Source of the DNA: Mobula hypostoma
Taxonomy: Eukaryota
Direction of reading: 5' to 3'
NCBI RefSeq assembly: GCF_963921235.1
Contig: NC_086108.1
Span: 1,116,001 to 1,180,000 of the forward strand
Length of the DNA stretch: 64,000 bases
Shown: piece by piece, positions 1-12,975 of the stretch
Layout of the letters: each line of letters begins with the position of its first letter
How positions within the stretch are numbered: position 1 is the first letter of the stretch
Program-made: the position numbers and the translations under genes
The notes under the pieces: generated by a model
Database searches by the model: none
Seen by the model: the letters and a program-made list of their open reading frames with translations, nothing else
Told to the model about the DNA's origin: nothing

Positions 1-172
1 ATGTGAGCTCCATTTTAACGTTTGAGAGAAGTTTGGATAGGTATATGGGTGGTAGGGGTACGGAGGGCTATGGTCCCAGGGCAGGTTGATGGGAGTAGGC
101 AGTTTAAATGGTTCAGCATGGACTAGATGGGCTGAAGGGTCTGTTTCTGTGCTGTACTTTCCTATGACTCTG
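1..172 (+). mobile_element. CR1 3' end
   Basis: tttaagagaagtttggataggta-like ORF2 end followed by ggctgaagggtctgtttctgtgctgtac...ctatgactct. Confidence 0.7.
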
Positions 173-345
173 TGACCAATTAACCTACTAACTGGTACAT
201 CTTTGGACTGTTGGAGGAAACTGGAGCACCCTGAGGAAACCCACACATTTTAGGGGAGGACGTACAAACTCCTTACGAAGGACGCTGGAAATGAACTACA
301 AGCTCGGACACTCCCAGCGGCACTAACCGCCAGGCCACCATGGTG
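173..345 (-). mobile_element. V-SINE-like element
   Basis: tctttggactg...gaggaaactggagcacc..gaggaaacccac core shared with the copies at 27730, 28790, 41150 and 53340. Confidence 0.65.
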
Positions 346-1009
346 CTGTCGGTGATCTGCTTTGATGGTACAGACAGCCAGCACTGTCCGTGAAAGCCGA
401 GGACAGGGACAGTTGGTCAGAGGTACAAAAACATGAGGTAGTGAGGAGGCAGTGAAGCCTCTGATGAGGTTCCTCTAGCCTGTCGAGGGCAGCCAGCCTG
501 ACCAGCCGTGTTCTGCATTAGGAAGGTTCTTTCTTCTTCTGACCTGAGTGCTTCCTTCCTCAGTCTGGGGTTGGGGGGGGCGTCAGATGTTCAACAGTGC
601 TTGGGAGGGTGGACGACAGAGGAAGACGAGGTGTGTCTCAGATCCCTCGGTGGGGGGAGGGGGGGTAGACGTTGCTCACTGTACCTGACAGCTTGGTGAC
701 CCACATGTTGCCTGGGTTGCTGCCGGTCTGGTCAATGCAGACAGTCTGACCCACTGCTCTCAATCTCTTGACCTGCGTAAAGGAGAGAGGTCAAAGCCCC
801 TCAGGTAAACAGGAACATCTGCTTTTCAGAGAGGTTCCTTTCATAGGAGGGGCAGGGCAGGAGGGGGAAGGGTCTTCTTCTGCATAGGGAGCACAAGTGA
901 AACATCTCTACAGGTATACTCGCTGATGAATCACGTGAGTCTCACTCCCATGAGTATAACCCAGATGGCTCGTCGGCCCGAGATGCCTTACGCTGAAGGA
1001 GTAATCATT

Positions 1010-1410
1010 CTGTAGAGTCATTGAACACGACAGCACAGAAACAGGCTCTTCAGCCCATATAGTCCATGCCAATCTATTATTTTGCCTAGTCCCATAGACC
1101 TGCATCCAGACCATAGCCCTTCATACCCCTCACATCCATGTAACTTCTCTTAAATGTTGAAATCAACCCCACATCCACCACAGTTCATCCCACACTCCCA
1201 CTAGAAGAACCTCCCCCTCATGTTCTGCTTAAACATTTAACCTTTCACCCTTAACCTATGACCTCTGGTTGGAGTCTCACCCAACCTCAGTGGAAAAAAA
1301 CCTGCTTGTATTTAGCCTACCCCTCATAATTTTGTACGCCTCTATCAAATCTCCCCTCATTCTCCTATGCTCCAGCAAATAAAGTTACTCAACCTTTCCC
1401 AATAACTCAC
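1010..1410 (-). mobile_element. Degenerate CR1 3' fragment
   Basis: Reverse complement of CR1 3'UTR and ORF2 C-terminus. Confidence 0.7.
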
Positions 1411-1419
1411 GCCCAGCAG

Positions 1420-2857
1420 ACAAGGTGAAGGAGAATTCTAAGGACTTCTACAGCTATGTTAAGAGTGAAAGGTTTGCGAAGGACAATCATGGACCCTATA
1501 CAGATTACAGAGGAGGAGGTGTTTGCTGTCTTGAGGTAAATTAGGGTGGATACGCCCTCAGATCCTGACGAGGTGCTCCCTTGGACCCTGTGGGAGAGAA
1601 GTGTGGAAGTTGCAGGGGCCCTAATGGAGATATTTAGTGACAGATGAGGTACCAGGGAATTGGAGGGTAGCTAATGTTGTTCCACTGTTTAAGAAAGGCT
1701 CTAGGAATAAACCAGGAAATTATAGGCCGATGAGCCTGACATCAGTAGTGGCGAAGTTACTGGAAGGTATTCTAAGTGACCGGATGTGAATATTTCGATA
1801 GTCAGCAAGTTTCTAACCAATCTTGTGGAGTTTTTTGAGGAAGTTACCAGGAAAGTGGATGAAGGCAAAGCAGTGGACTTTAGTAAGGCATTTGACAAAG
1901 TCCTGCGTGGCAGTTTGCTCGAGAAGGTTCAGTGGCTCGGCACTCGGGATGAGGTAGTTAATTGGATTAGACATTGGCTTCATGGGAGAAACCAGAGAGT
2001 GGTAGTAGATGGTTGCCTCTTTAACTGGAGGCCTGTGACTAGTGGAGTGCTGCAGGAATTGGTGCTGAGTCTGTTGTTTGTCATCTATAGCAATGATCTG
2101 GATGATAACGTGGTTAACTGGATCAGCACATTTGCAGATGACACCACAACTGGGGGTGTAGTGGACAGCAATGAAGACTATCAAATCTTGCAGTGGGATC
2201 TGGACCATCTGGAAAAATGGACTGAAAAATGGCAGATAGAACTTAATGCAGACAAGTGCGAGGTGTTGCACTTTGGTAGTTCCAGCCAGGGTAGGTCTTA
2301 CATAATGAACGGTAGGGCACTGAGGAGTGTTGTAGAACAAAGGGATCTGGGAATACAGGTCCTTAATTCATTGAAAGTGGCGTCACAGGTAGATAGGGTC
2401 GTAAAGAAAGCTTTTGGCACACTGGCCTTCATAAATCAAAGCATTAAGTACAGGAGTTGGGATGTTCTGTTGAGGTTGTACAAGATGTTGGTGAGTCTTA
2501 ATTTTGAGCATTGTGTGTAGTTTTGATCACCAACCTACAGGAAAGATGTAAATAAGTTTGAAAGAGCACAGAGAAAATTTACTAGGATGTTGCCAGGACT
2601 GGAAGACCTGAGTTACAAGGAAAGATTGAATAAGTTAGAACTTTATTCCCTAGAACGTAGGGAAGATTTGATAGAGGCATACAAAATTATGAGAGGTATA
2701 GATACGGTAAATGTAAGCAGGCTATTTCCCACTGAGGTCTGCTGAGACTACATCTAGAGATCATGAGTTAAGGGTGAAAGGTGAAATGCTTAAGGGGAAC
2801 ATGAGGGAAAACATCTTCACTCAGAGGGTGGTGTGAGTGTGGAACAAGTTTCCAGCA
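1420..2857 (+). mobile_element. CR1 ORF2 remnant
   Basis: ORF 1786-2520 with DFSKAFD, FADD and RDLG motifs. Confidence 0.88.
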
Positions 2858-4348
2858 CATAGAAACATAGAAACATAGAAAATGGGTGCAGGAGTAGGCC
2901 ATTCGGCCCTTCAAGCCTGCACCACCATTTATTTTGGTCATGGCTGATCATCCAACTCAGAACCCTGCACCAGCCTTCCCTCCATACCCCCTGATCCCCG
3001 TAGCCACAAGGGCCATATCTAACTCCCTCTTAAATATAGCCAATGAACTGGCCTCGACTGTTTCCTGTGGCAGAGAATTCCACAGATTCACCACTCTCTG
3101 TGTGAAGAAGTTTTTCCTAATCTCCGTCCTAAAGGGCTTCCCCTTTATCCTCAAACTGTGACCCCTAGTTCTGGACTTCCCCAACATCGGGAACAATCTT
3201 CCTGCATCTAGCCTGTCCAATCCCTTTAGGATTTTATACGTTTCAATCAGATCCCCCCTCAATCTTCTAAATTCCAACGAGTACAAGCCCAGTTCATCCA
3301 GTCTTTCTTCATATGAAAGTCCTGCCATCCCAGGAATCAATCTGGTGAACCTTCTTTGTACTCCCTCTATGGTAAAGATGTTTTTCCTCAGATTAGGGGA
3401 CCAAAACTGCACACAATACTCCAGGTGTGGTCTCACTCAGGCCTTGTATAACTGCAGTAGTACCTCCCTGCTCCTGTACTCGAATCCTCTCGCCATAAAT
3501 GCCAGCATACCATTCGCCTTTTTCACTCCCTGCTGTACCTGCACGCCCACTTTCAATGACTGGTGTATAATGACACCCAGGTCTCGTTGCACCTCCCCTT
3601 TTCCTAATCGGCCACCATTCAGATAATAATCTGTTTTCCTATTTTTGCCACCAAAGTGGATAACTTCACATTTATCCACATTAAATTGCATCTGCCATGA
3701 ACTTGCCCACTCACCCAACCTATCCAAGTCACTCTGCTTCCTCTTGGCATCCTCCTCACAGCTAACACTGCCACCCAGCTTCGTGTCATCCGCAAACTTG
3801 GAGATGCTGCATTTAATTCTCTCATCCAAGTCATTAATATATATTGTAAGCAACTGGGGTCCCAGCACTGAGCCTTGCGGTACCCCACTAGTCACTGCCT
3901 GCCATTCTGAAAAGGTCTCGTTTATTCCCACTCTTTGCTTCCTGTCTGCTAACCAATTCTCTATCCACACCAATACCTTACCCCCAATACCGTGTGCTTT
4001 AAGTTTGCACACTAATCTCCTGTGTGGGACCTTGTCAAAAGCCTTTTGAAAATCCAAATATACCACATCCACTGGTTCTCCCCTATCCACTCCACTAGTT
4101 ACATCCTCAAAAAATTCTATGAGACTCGTCAGACATGATTTTCCTTTCACAAATCCATGCTGACTTTGTCCAATGATTTCACCGCTTTCCAAATGTGCTG
4201 TTATCACATTTTTGATAACTGACTCCAGCAGTTTCCCCACCACCGACGTTAGGCTAACCGGTCTATAATTCCCCGGTATCTATCCTTTTTTAAAAAGTGG
4301 GGTTACATTAGCCACCCTCCAATCCTCAGGAACTAGTCCAGAATCTAA
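2858..4348 (-). mobile_element. Young 5'-truncated CR1
   Basis: ORFs 3437-4243 and 2957-3436 (RT and C-terminus); (CTATGTTT)n tail at the left end. Confidence 0.95.
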
Positions 4349-4975
4349 CATGGGGTGGATATGATTTTAATTTCAACACTTAATATAAGTTTGGATAGAT
4401 TTGAGTTTATTAGAAGGATTACAGGGATTTCTGGAATGAAGGGCTTGTTTGATGCAGGTTGGTTACCAGTGATACAGTCAGAAACATGTGAATTGATTAT
4501 GGGGAACAAGGACATGGCAGACTAATTGAATAACTACTTTGGTTCTGTCTTCACTAAGGACAAAAATAATCTTCCGGAAATAGTAGGGGACAGAGGGTCT
4601 AGTGAGATGGAGGAACTGAGGGAAATACATGTTAGTAGGGAAGTGGTGTTAGGTAAATTGAAGGGATTAAAGGCAGATAAATCCCCAGGGCCAGATGGTC
4701 TGCATCCTAGAGTGCTTAAGGAAGTAGCCCAAGAAATAGTGGATGCATTAGTGATAATTTTTCGAAACTTTAGATTCTGGATTAGTTCCTGAGGATTGGA
4801 GGGTGGTTAATGTAATCCTGCTTTTTAAAAAAGGAGGGAGAGAGAAACCAGGGAATTATAGACCAGTTAGCCTAACATCGGTGGTGGGGAAAATGCTAGA
4901 GTCAGTTATCAAAGATTATCAAAGGTGCTGAGGAAGAGGATTTCTTGGAATGTATGCGGGATGGTTTTTTGAACC

Positions 4976-5795
4976 AACATAGAAATATAGAAACATAGAA
5001 AATAGGTGCAGGAGTAGGCCATTCGGGCCTTCGAGCCTGCACCGCCATTTATTATGATCATGGCTGATCATCCAACTCAGAACCCCGCCCCAGCCTTCCC
5101 TCCATACCCCCTGACCCCCGTAGCCACAAGGGCCATATCTAACTCCCTCTTAAATATAGCCAATGAACTGGCCTCAACTGTTTCCTGTGGCAGAGAATTC
5201 CACAGATTCACCACTCTCTGTGTGAAGAAGTTTTTCCTAATCTCTGTCCTAAAAGGCTTCCCCTCTATCCTCAAACTGTGGCCCCTCGTTCTGGACTTCC
5301 CCAACATCGGGAACAATCTTCCTGCATCTAGCCTGTCCAATCCCTTTAGGATCTTATACGTTTCAATCAGATCCCCCCTCGATCTTCTAAATTCCAGAGA
5401 GTACAAGCCCAGTTCATCCAGTCTTTCTTCATATGAAAGTCCTGCCATCCCAGGAATCAATCTGGTGAACCTTCTTTGTACTCCCTCTAAGGCAAGGATG
5501 TCTTTCCTCAGATTAGGGGACCAAAACTGCACACAATACTCCAGGTGTGGTCTCACCAAGGCCTTGTACAACTGCAGTAGTACCTCCCTGCTCCTGTACT
5601 CGAATCCTCTCACTATAAATGCCAGCATACCATTCGCCTTTTTCACCGCCTGCTGTACCTGCATGCCCACTTTCAATGACTGGTGTATAATGACACCCAG
5701 GTCACGTTGCACCTCCCCTTTTCCTAATCGGCCACCATTCAGATAATAATCTGTTTTCCTATTTTTGCCACCAAAGTGGATAACTTCACATTTAT
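4976..5795 (-). mobile_element. Young CR1 3' fragment
   Basis: ORF 5077-5712 and (CTATGTTT)n tail. Confidence 0.95.
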
Positions 5796-7336
5796 GGTCT
5801 GCATCCTAGAGTGCTTAAGGAAGTAGCCCAAAAAATAGTGGATGCATTAGTGATAATTTTTCAAAACTCGTTAGATTCTGGACTAGTTCCTGAGGATTGG
5901 AGGGTGGCTAATGTAACTCCACTTTTTAAAAAAGGAGGGAGAGAGAAACCGGGGAATTATAGACCGGTTAGCCTAACGTCGGTGGTGGGGAAACTGCTGG
6001 AGTCAGTTATCAAGGATGTGATAACAGCACATTTGGAAAGCGGTGAAATCATCGGACAAAGTCAGCATGGATTTGTGAAAGGAAAATCATGTCTGACGAA
6101 TCTCATAGAATTTTTTGAGGATGTAACTAGTAGAGTGGATAGGGGAGAACCAGTGGATGTGGTATATTTGGATTTTCAAAAGGCTTTTGACAAGGTCCCA
6201 CACAGGAGATTAGTGTGCAAACTTAAAGCACACGGTATTGGGGGTAAGGTATTGGTGTGGGTGGAGAATTGGTTAGCAGACAGGAAGCAAAGAGTGGGAA
6301 TAAACGGGACCTTTTCAGAATGGCAGGCGGTGACTAGTGGGGTACCGCAAGGCTCAGTGCTGGGACCCCAGTTGTTTACAATATATATTAATGACTTGGA
6401 TGAGGGAACTAAATGCAGCATCTCCAAGTTTGCGGATGACACGAAGCTGGGTGGCAGTGTTAGCTGTGAGGAGGATGCTAAGAGGATGCAGGGTGACTTG
6501 GATAGGTTGGGTGAGTGGGCAAATTCATGGCAGATGCAATTAAATGTGGATAAATGTGAAGTTATCCACTTTGGTGGCAAAAATAGGAAAACAGATTATT
6601 ATCTGAATGGTGGCCAATTAGGAAAAGGGGAGGTGCAACGAGACCTGGGTGTCATTATACACCAGTCATTGAAAGTGGGCATGCAGGTACAGCAGGAGGT
6701 GAAAAAGGCGAATGGTATGCTGGCATTTATAGCGAGAGGATTCGAGTACAGGAGCAGGGAGGTACTACTGCAGTTGTACAAGGCCTTGGTGAGACTACAC
6801 CTGGAGTATTGTGTGCAGTTTTGGTCCCCTAATCTGAGGAAAGACATCCTTGCCTTAGAGGGATTACAAAGAAGGTTCACCAGATTGATTCATATGAAGA
6901 AAGACTGGATGAACTGGGCTTGTACTCGTTGGAATTTAGAAGATTGAGGGGGGATCTGATTGAAACGTATAAGATCCTAAAGGGATTGGACAGGCTAGAT
7001 GCAGGAAGATTGTTCCCGATGTTGGGGAAGTCCAGAACGAGGGGCCAGAGTTTGAGGATAGAGGGGAAGCCTTTTAGGACCGAGATTCGGAAAAACTTCT
7101 TCACACAGAGAGTGGTGAATCTGTGGAATTCTCTGCCACAGGAAACAGTTGAGGCCAGTTCGTTGGCTATATTTAAGAGGGAGTTAGATATGGCCCTTGT
7201 GGCTACGGGGGTCAGGGGGTATGGAGGGAAGGCTGGGGCGGGGTTCTGAGTTGGATGATCAGCCATGATCATAATAAATGGCGGTGCAGGCTCGAAGGGC
7301 CGAATGGCCTACTCCTGCACCTATTTTTTTTCTATG
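5794..7336 (+). mobile_element. Young 5'-truncated CR1
   Basis: ORF 5811-6947 (RT), a ~20-bp deletion near 6890, complete 3'UTR. Confidence 0.95.
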
Positions 7337-8734
7337 TAAGATGTGATAACAGCACATTTGGAAAGCGGTGAAATCATCGGACAAAGTCAGCATGGATTTG
7401 TGAAAGGAAAATCATGTCTGATGAATCTCAGAATTTTTTGAGGATGTAACTAGTAGAGTGGATAGGGGAGAACTAGTGGATGTGGTATATTTCGATTTTC
7501 AAAAGGCTTTTGACAAGGTCCCACACAGGAGATTAGTGTGCAAACTTAAAGCACACGGTATTGGGGGTAAGGTATTGATGTGGATAGAGAATTGGTTGGT
7601 AGACAGGAAACAAAGAGTGGGAATAAACGGGACCTTTTCAAAATGGCAGGCAGTGACTAGTGGGGTACCACAAGGCTCAGTGCTGGGACCCTAGTTGTTT
7701 ACAATATATATTAATGACTTGGATGAGAGAATTAAATGCAGCATCTCCAAGTTTGCAGATGACACGAAGCTGGGCGGCAGTGTTAGCTGTGAGGAGGATG
7801 CTAAGAGGATGCAGAGTGATTTGGATAGGTTGGGTGAGTGGGCAAGTTCATGGCAGATGCAATTTAATGTGGATAAATGTGAAGTTATCCACTTTGGTGG
7901 CAAAACTAGGAAAACAGATTATTATCTGAATGGTGGCCGATTAGGAAAAGGGGAGGTGCAACGAGACCTGGTGTCATTATACACCAGTCACTGAAAGTGG
8001 GCATGCAGGTACAGCAGGCGGTGAAAAAGGCGAATGGTATGCTGGCATTTATAGCAAGAGGATTCGAGTACAGGAGCAGGGAGGTACTACTGCAGTTGTA
8101 CACGGCCTTGGTGAGACCACACCTGGAGTATTGTGTGCAGTTTTGGTCCCCTAATCTGAGGAAAGACATCCTTGCCATAGAGGGAGTACAAAGGAGGTTC
8201 ACCAGATTGATTCCTGGGATGGCAGGACTTTCATATGATGAAAGACTGGATCGACTAGGCTTATACTCGTTGGAATTTAGAAGATTGAGGGAGGATCTCA
8301 TTGAAACGTATAAGATCCTAAAGTGATTGGACAGGTTAGATGCAGGAAGATTGTTCCCGATGTTGGGGAAGTCCAGAACGAGGGGTCACAGTTTGAGGAT
8401 AAAGGGGAAGCCCTTTAGGACCGAGATTAGGAAAAACTTCTTCACACAGAGAGTGGTGAATCTGTGGAATTCTCTGCCACAGGAAACAGTTGAGGCCAGT
8501 TCATTGGCTATATTTAAGAGGGAGTTAGATATGGCCCTTGTGGCTAAAGGGATCAGGGGGTATGAAGGGAAGGCTGGTGCAGGGTTCTGAGTTGGATGAT
8601 CAGCCATGATCGTGCTGAATGGCGGTGCAGGCTCGAAGGGCCGAATGGCCTACTCCTGCACCTATTTTCTATGTTTCTGTGATAGAGTAAATTTACTGAC
8701 TAAAACATTGAAGTAGTGATGATTCACAAAGGGC

Positions 8735-9520
8735 TCCTTCTGCCCCCTTCCTTTCTCATCCTGAAGAAGGATCTCGATCTGAAACATCGGCTGTTTGTTC
8801 CCTCCCCCGCCCCATAGATGCTGCCTGATCTGCTGAGTTTCTCCAGCATTGTTCGTGTGTGTGTGTGTGTTGGTTGCTCTGGATTTCCAGCATATAACTT
8901 TCTTCATACTTGCTTCTATAATCACCCGCTTGTCTGTAAGTGTCCAGCCGATTTTCAGTGACCTGTAGTATAGCTGGTTCTTTATTTCGTTAGTTTCTGA
9001 GGCTGTGTTATGGCAGCATACATCAAGACTACCCTTGTTGTCTCATAGACTGCTCTTATCATAGACAATTGGCTTATGTCCAGGTTTCAGTATAACAGGT
9101 GTCCATGAGGCAGGGTTTGTGTTGGAGTGGGTTACTTATAGTTAGAGTCCTGCAGAAGGGTCTCGACCAAAACGTTGACTGTTCACTTGTTTCTATAGAT
9201 GCCCCCTGACCTCTAGATACGTAATTCACAAAGGTTGATATGCAGGCACAGCATATTACCTTTCTCGTCCCCCAATAGTCCACTGTTCAATCCTATCATA
9301 TTCCTCCTTCTTCAGCCCTTTACCTCTTCCACCAATCATTCCCCAGCTTCTTACTTCCCCCTCCCCCACCCATCTGGCCTCACCTATCAACTGCCAGCTT
9401 GTACTCCTTCACCCAGCACCCCCCCCAACCCACCTTCTTAGCCTGGCTTCTCCTCCCTTACTCTCCAGTCCTGAAGACGGGTCTTGGACCAAAACATCAA
9501 CTGTTTATTCCTCTCCTCAC
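8735..9520 (+). mobile_element. Three degenerate Penelope-like element terminal fragments
   Basis: Repeated ctgaagaagg.tctcg.cc.gaaac.t.gactg...atagatgctgcctg motif at ~8761, ~9150 and ~9471. Confidence 0.65.
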
Positions 9521-9614
9521 TCTCTGCAGACATACACAAAGCAGAAGAAAAACCCCGACAAATGAACGACAGGGAAAAGGTTTGAACCCCAAAGTCCAAA
9601 CCAAGACAGATAAG

Positions 9615-11730
9615 GAAATGGTCTAAGAATTTAATGCAGACAAGTGTGAGGTGTTGTACTTTGGGATGACAAACCAGGGTCAGACTTGCATGGTGCACGG
9701 TCAGGCATTGAGGACTGTGGCAGGATGGCAAGATTTGAGAATAAGTTGAAAGTGGCGTCACAGGTAAATAGGGTCATAAAGAAAGCTTTTGGCACATTGG
9801 CCATAAATAAAAGTATCAGGTACAGGAGTTGGGATGTTATGTTCAAGTTGTATAAGATGTTGGTGAGTGGGAATCTGGAGTATTTTGTGCAGTTCTGGTC
9901 ACCTAGCTACAGGAAAGATTGAAAGAGTACAGAGAAAATTTACAAGGATGTTGCTGGGACTTGAGGGCCTGAGTTGTAGGGAAAGGTTAAATAGGTTACA
10001 TTGTCCATTTAGAACCGAGATGAGGAGGCATTTCTTCAGCCAGAGCGTGGTGAATCTGTGGAATTTGTTGCCACAGGCGGCTGTGGAGGCCAAGGCATGG
10101 AGTGTATTTAAGGAAGAGATTGATATGTTCTTGAATAGTAAGGGGATAAAGAATTATGATAAGTAGGCAGAAGAATGGGGTTATAAAAATCAGCCATGGT
10201 TGAATAGTGGAGAAGACTTGTTGGGCCATTCTTCTCCTACATCTATGGCCTCATGGAATCTGATCCCAGACTAGTTTCACAGTTTCCCTGTGGGTAACTG
10301 GTTGATGCAGGTCAACAGAACATCGTGAGGTGGGGCTAATCTTAACGCTCCATCCCCTGGCTGATCTGCTTTTGAGAAACAGGCCCTGCCCTCATTGTCA
10401 GAGACATCATTGACCAGGAAGGGGCTTCCCAATCCAGCAGAAGACCTCCCATCCAAGGCAACTTCCAACATTTCCTTAGTGGCTGCAGAACTGGTCAACT
10501 AAGTAATCACTGTTCTCCATGCTGAAATGCCGCAGTGTTTTGGCCATAAAGGAGTAGCTCCGTGGTATGACGATAAACAGATCACTCTGCTTTAGGCCCC
10601 TCAGAATGGGAATGGGCCTAGTCCTGTGCTTCTCCGTTCTCAGTGAGTGATGGAATCCGTATACAAAATCCACAAAGTAGGCATCAACCCCACCCCCATG
10701 CTTTAATAAAGATTGGTGTATGTTATGGAGAGTGCAGCAGTTTGTTATATGCTACAACGGGATTTGCAGAGCTGGACTGAGAAGTGGCAGATTGAGTTCA
10801 ATCCAAATAAGTGTGAAGTGCTTCACTTCGGAAGATCAAACTTCCAAGCCTCTTAGCAGTGTGGAGGAGCAGAGAAATCTTGGGCCCATGTCTATAAATC
10901 TGTCAAAATTGTCACAGAAGTGGATAGGCTGGTTAAGAAGTTGTATGATGTAATGGCCTTCATTAATTAGGGGACTGAGTTCAAGAGCTGCTCTATAAAA
11001 CCACACTTCATTTCTGGTCACCTCATTACAGGAAGGACACAGAAACTTTAGATGGGGTGCACGGGGATTTACCAGAATGCTACCTGGATTAGAGAGGATA
11101 GTTCAAAATTCAAAGTAAATTTATTATCGAAGTAGCAATACGTCACCATATACAACCCTGAGATTCATTTTCTTGTGGGCATACTCAATAAATCTATAGA
11201 ATAATAACCTTAACAGAATCAACGAAAGATCACACCAACGTGGGCTTTTAGCCAGAGTGTTGAAAACAACTAACTGTGTAAATACAAAAAGAAACAATAA
11301 TAATAATAAATAAATAAGCAATAAATATCAAGAACACGAGAAGAAGAAATGAATGGGAGATTGGGTGAGCTGGGGCTTTTCTCTTCGGGGCGAAGGGGGA
11401 TAGGAAGTGACTTGATAGAGCTGTGTAAGATGATAAGAGGCATAGATTGATTGACTGATCAGCCAGATACTTTTCCCCATGGCAGAAACGGCTGATATGA
11501 GAGGATATTAAGGTGATTGGATGGAATCATGTCAGAGGTAGAGTGGTTGCTGTGTGGACCTCTACCAGGTGTCATGGTCGAGGCAGATACAGTAGGGACA
11601 TTTAACAGACTCATAGACAGGCACATGGATGATTGAAAAATGGAGTTATGTGGGAGGGAAGGGTTAGATTGACCTTGGAGTAGGTTAAAAGACCAGCACA
11701 ACGTTGTGAGCTGTACTGTGCTTTAAATTT
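9615..11730 (+). mobile_element. Old degenerate CR1 fragments (9615-10255, 10710-11730) with a Rex1-like tail inserted antisense at ~11105-11345
   Basis: Fragmentary RT and C-terminal motifs (KKAFGTLA, VQFWSP, FFSQSVVNLWN). Confidence 0.7.
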
Positions 11731-12279
11731 GTGGCTAACAGAATTGTAAGTGTTCAACAAATCAACAATCTTTATGATTCTTCTCAGCCCCTTTGTTAAG
11801 TAATTCAACATAGGTACTGTATATTCCCATCACATATGGGAGGGGTGGCTGTGACAAATCCCTTCTGAACTACCAAATCCACGAGCCTTTTGACTAACAT
11901 TTTAGTAAATAACTTTAATAATATTGAGCCGCACCAAGTCCAGCTCCTTCAGTTTTTCTGCCGATGAGGAACTCGCTGACGGGGGTAGGCCTGCAGTTCG
12001 TTAAGTTCTTCATGTCCAGCAGGATCTTGTGATCGTAAAATAAAAATATGTTTAATAGTAATCAGCTGCCAATCATCCAGCAATCTTGCTTTCTCCACCT
12101 CGTCAAATTTTGGAATAAGGGTTGTCTAGCTATTTTACATTGGGGTGGGCATTTAACCCAAGAAGCAAACACATTGGTCGTTAGGAAAAGGATCACAAGG
12201 CAATCACACTCTCCAAAGCATCCATTTTTAATTCAGGTACAGGAAATTCAGCTTTATAAAATCCATTAAAAACATTACT

Positions 12280-12285
12280 TTTATT
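12280..12285 (-). promoter_or_regulatory. Candidate polyadenylation signal (AATAAA) of the BCL11-like gene, implying a ~4.2 kb 3'UTR
   Basis: Minus-strand AATAAA with an upstream TGTA and a downstream T-rich tract; 12290-16466 is mostly unique and TE-poor compared with the rest of the window. Confidence 0.4.
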
Positions 12286-12449
12286 TTCAAAACTTGGGTT
12301 AGAGTATTTTTACAAAATACCTTCCCTGTAAATCAAAACCTCTTTTCAGTGTTGTCATAGGATTGTTTTTCTTTCTTGGCAAGGCGTCAACCACTTAATC
12401 CATCTTTTTGGACAGTACTTCACCCAAAGAATTTCCCTAGTGCCGACCA

Positions 12450-12800
12450 CCACCTCAGGATGCCCTAACGCACTTAACGTGCAGTGAAGAGCTTCTGCGA
12501 TGCAGCCAATGTGTGCACAGCAAGATCCCACTGCATCTGGTCTCTTTGAACGAACCCTCCCTCCTCCTTGATCGAAATAACATTTGAGGGGTCTTTTACG
12601 TCCGCCGAGGAGGGCAGACGGGGCCTTGGTTTAATGTCCCGTCCCAAAGACAGCTCCTTCTGAGACTGCGGAGCTCCCTCGTGATGGAAGCAGGGTGCGT
12701 TGGCCTGGATGGTGCAGTCTTCAAGAAAGGGGAAGGAGCGGTGGGGTGAGGGAGGGGCGGGGCAGTGACTTCCAGCTTCTCAGAACCGGAGGTTGTCCGA
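12450..12800 (+). mobile_element. Deu-domain SINE remnant (AmnSINE1/SacSINE1-like) in the putative 3'UTR
   Basis: gcagccaatgtgtgcacagcaagatccca and tcttttacgtcc...gagggcagacggggccttggtttaatgtc...aaagac resemble the Deu core as recalled. Confidence 0.65.
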
Positions 12801-12854
12801 TAAATGGATATGAGGACTTTGGGATACATCCTGAGTTCCAGATAGGTAGGCAGT

Positions 12855-12855
<1 letters not shown>

Positions 12856-12894
<39 letters not shown>

Positions 12895-12920
12895 TGAGAG
12901 AGTGAGTGTGTGTGAGTGAG

Positions 12921-12970
<50 letters not shown>

Positions 12971-12975
12971 TGTGT
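12856..12975. repeat. (GT)n/(GA)n microsatellite
   Basis: Direct reading. Confidence 0.98.

Larger units (their letters stand above)
4478..8678 (+). mobile_element. CR1 copy (4478-4916 continuing at 7338-8678) interrupted by a nested CR1 insertion
   Basis: Text ...gagtcagttatcaaagat resumes as aagatgtgataacagcac at 7338; tail ttttctatgtttct near 8670. Confidence 0.85.

Noticed and set aside
330..780. Possible minus-strand exons (good acceptor at ~773, donor at ~684, acceptor at ~565)
   Set aside because: The spliced frame stops almost immediately and I recognise no protein; could be non-coding exons but cannot be supported.
2934..8607. Antisense ORFs over CR1 copies (e.g. 5054-5746; also 45820-46515)
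   Set aside because: Shadow frames of the LINE ORFs.
10277..10673. Unique-sequence short ORFs
   Set aside because: No recognisable homology or consistent splice signals.
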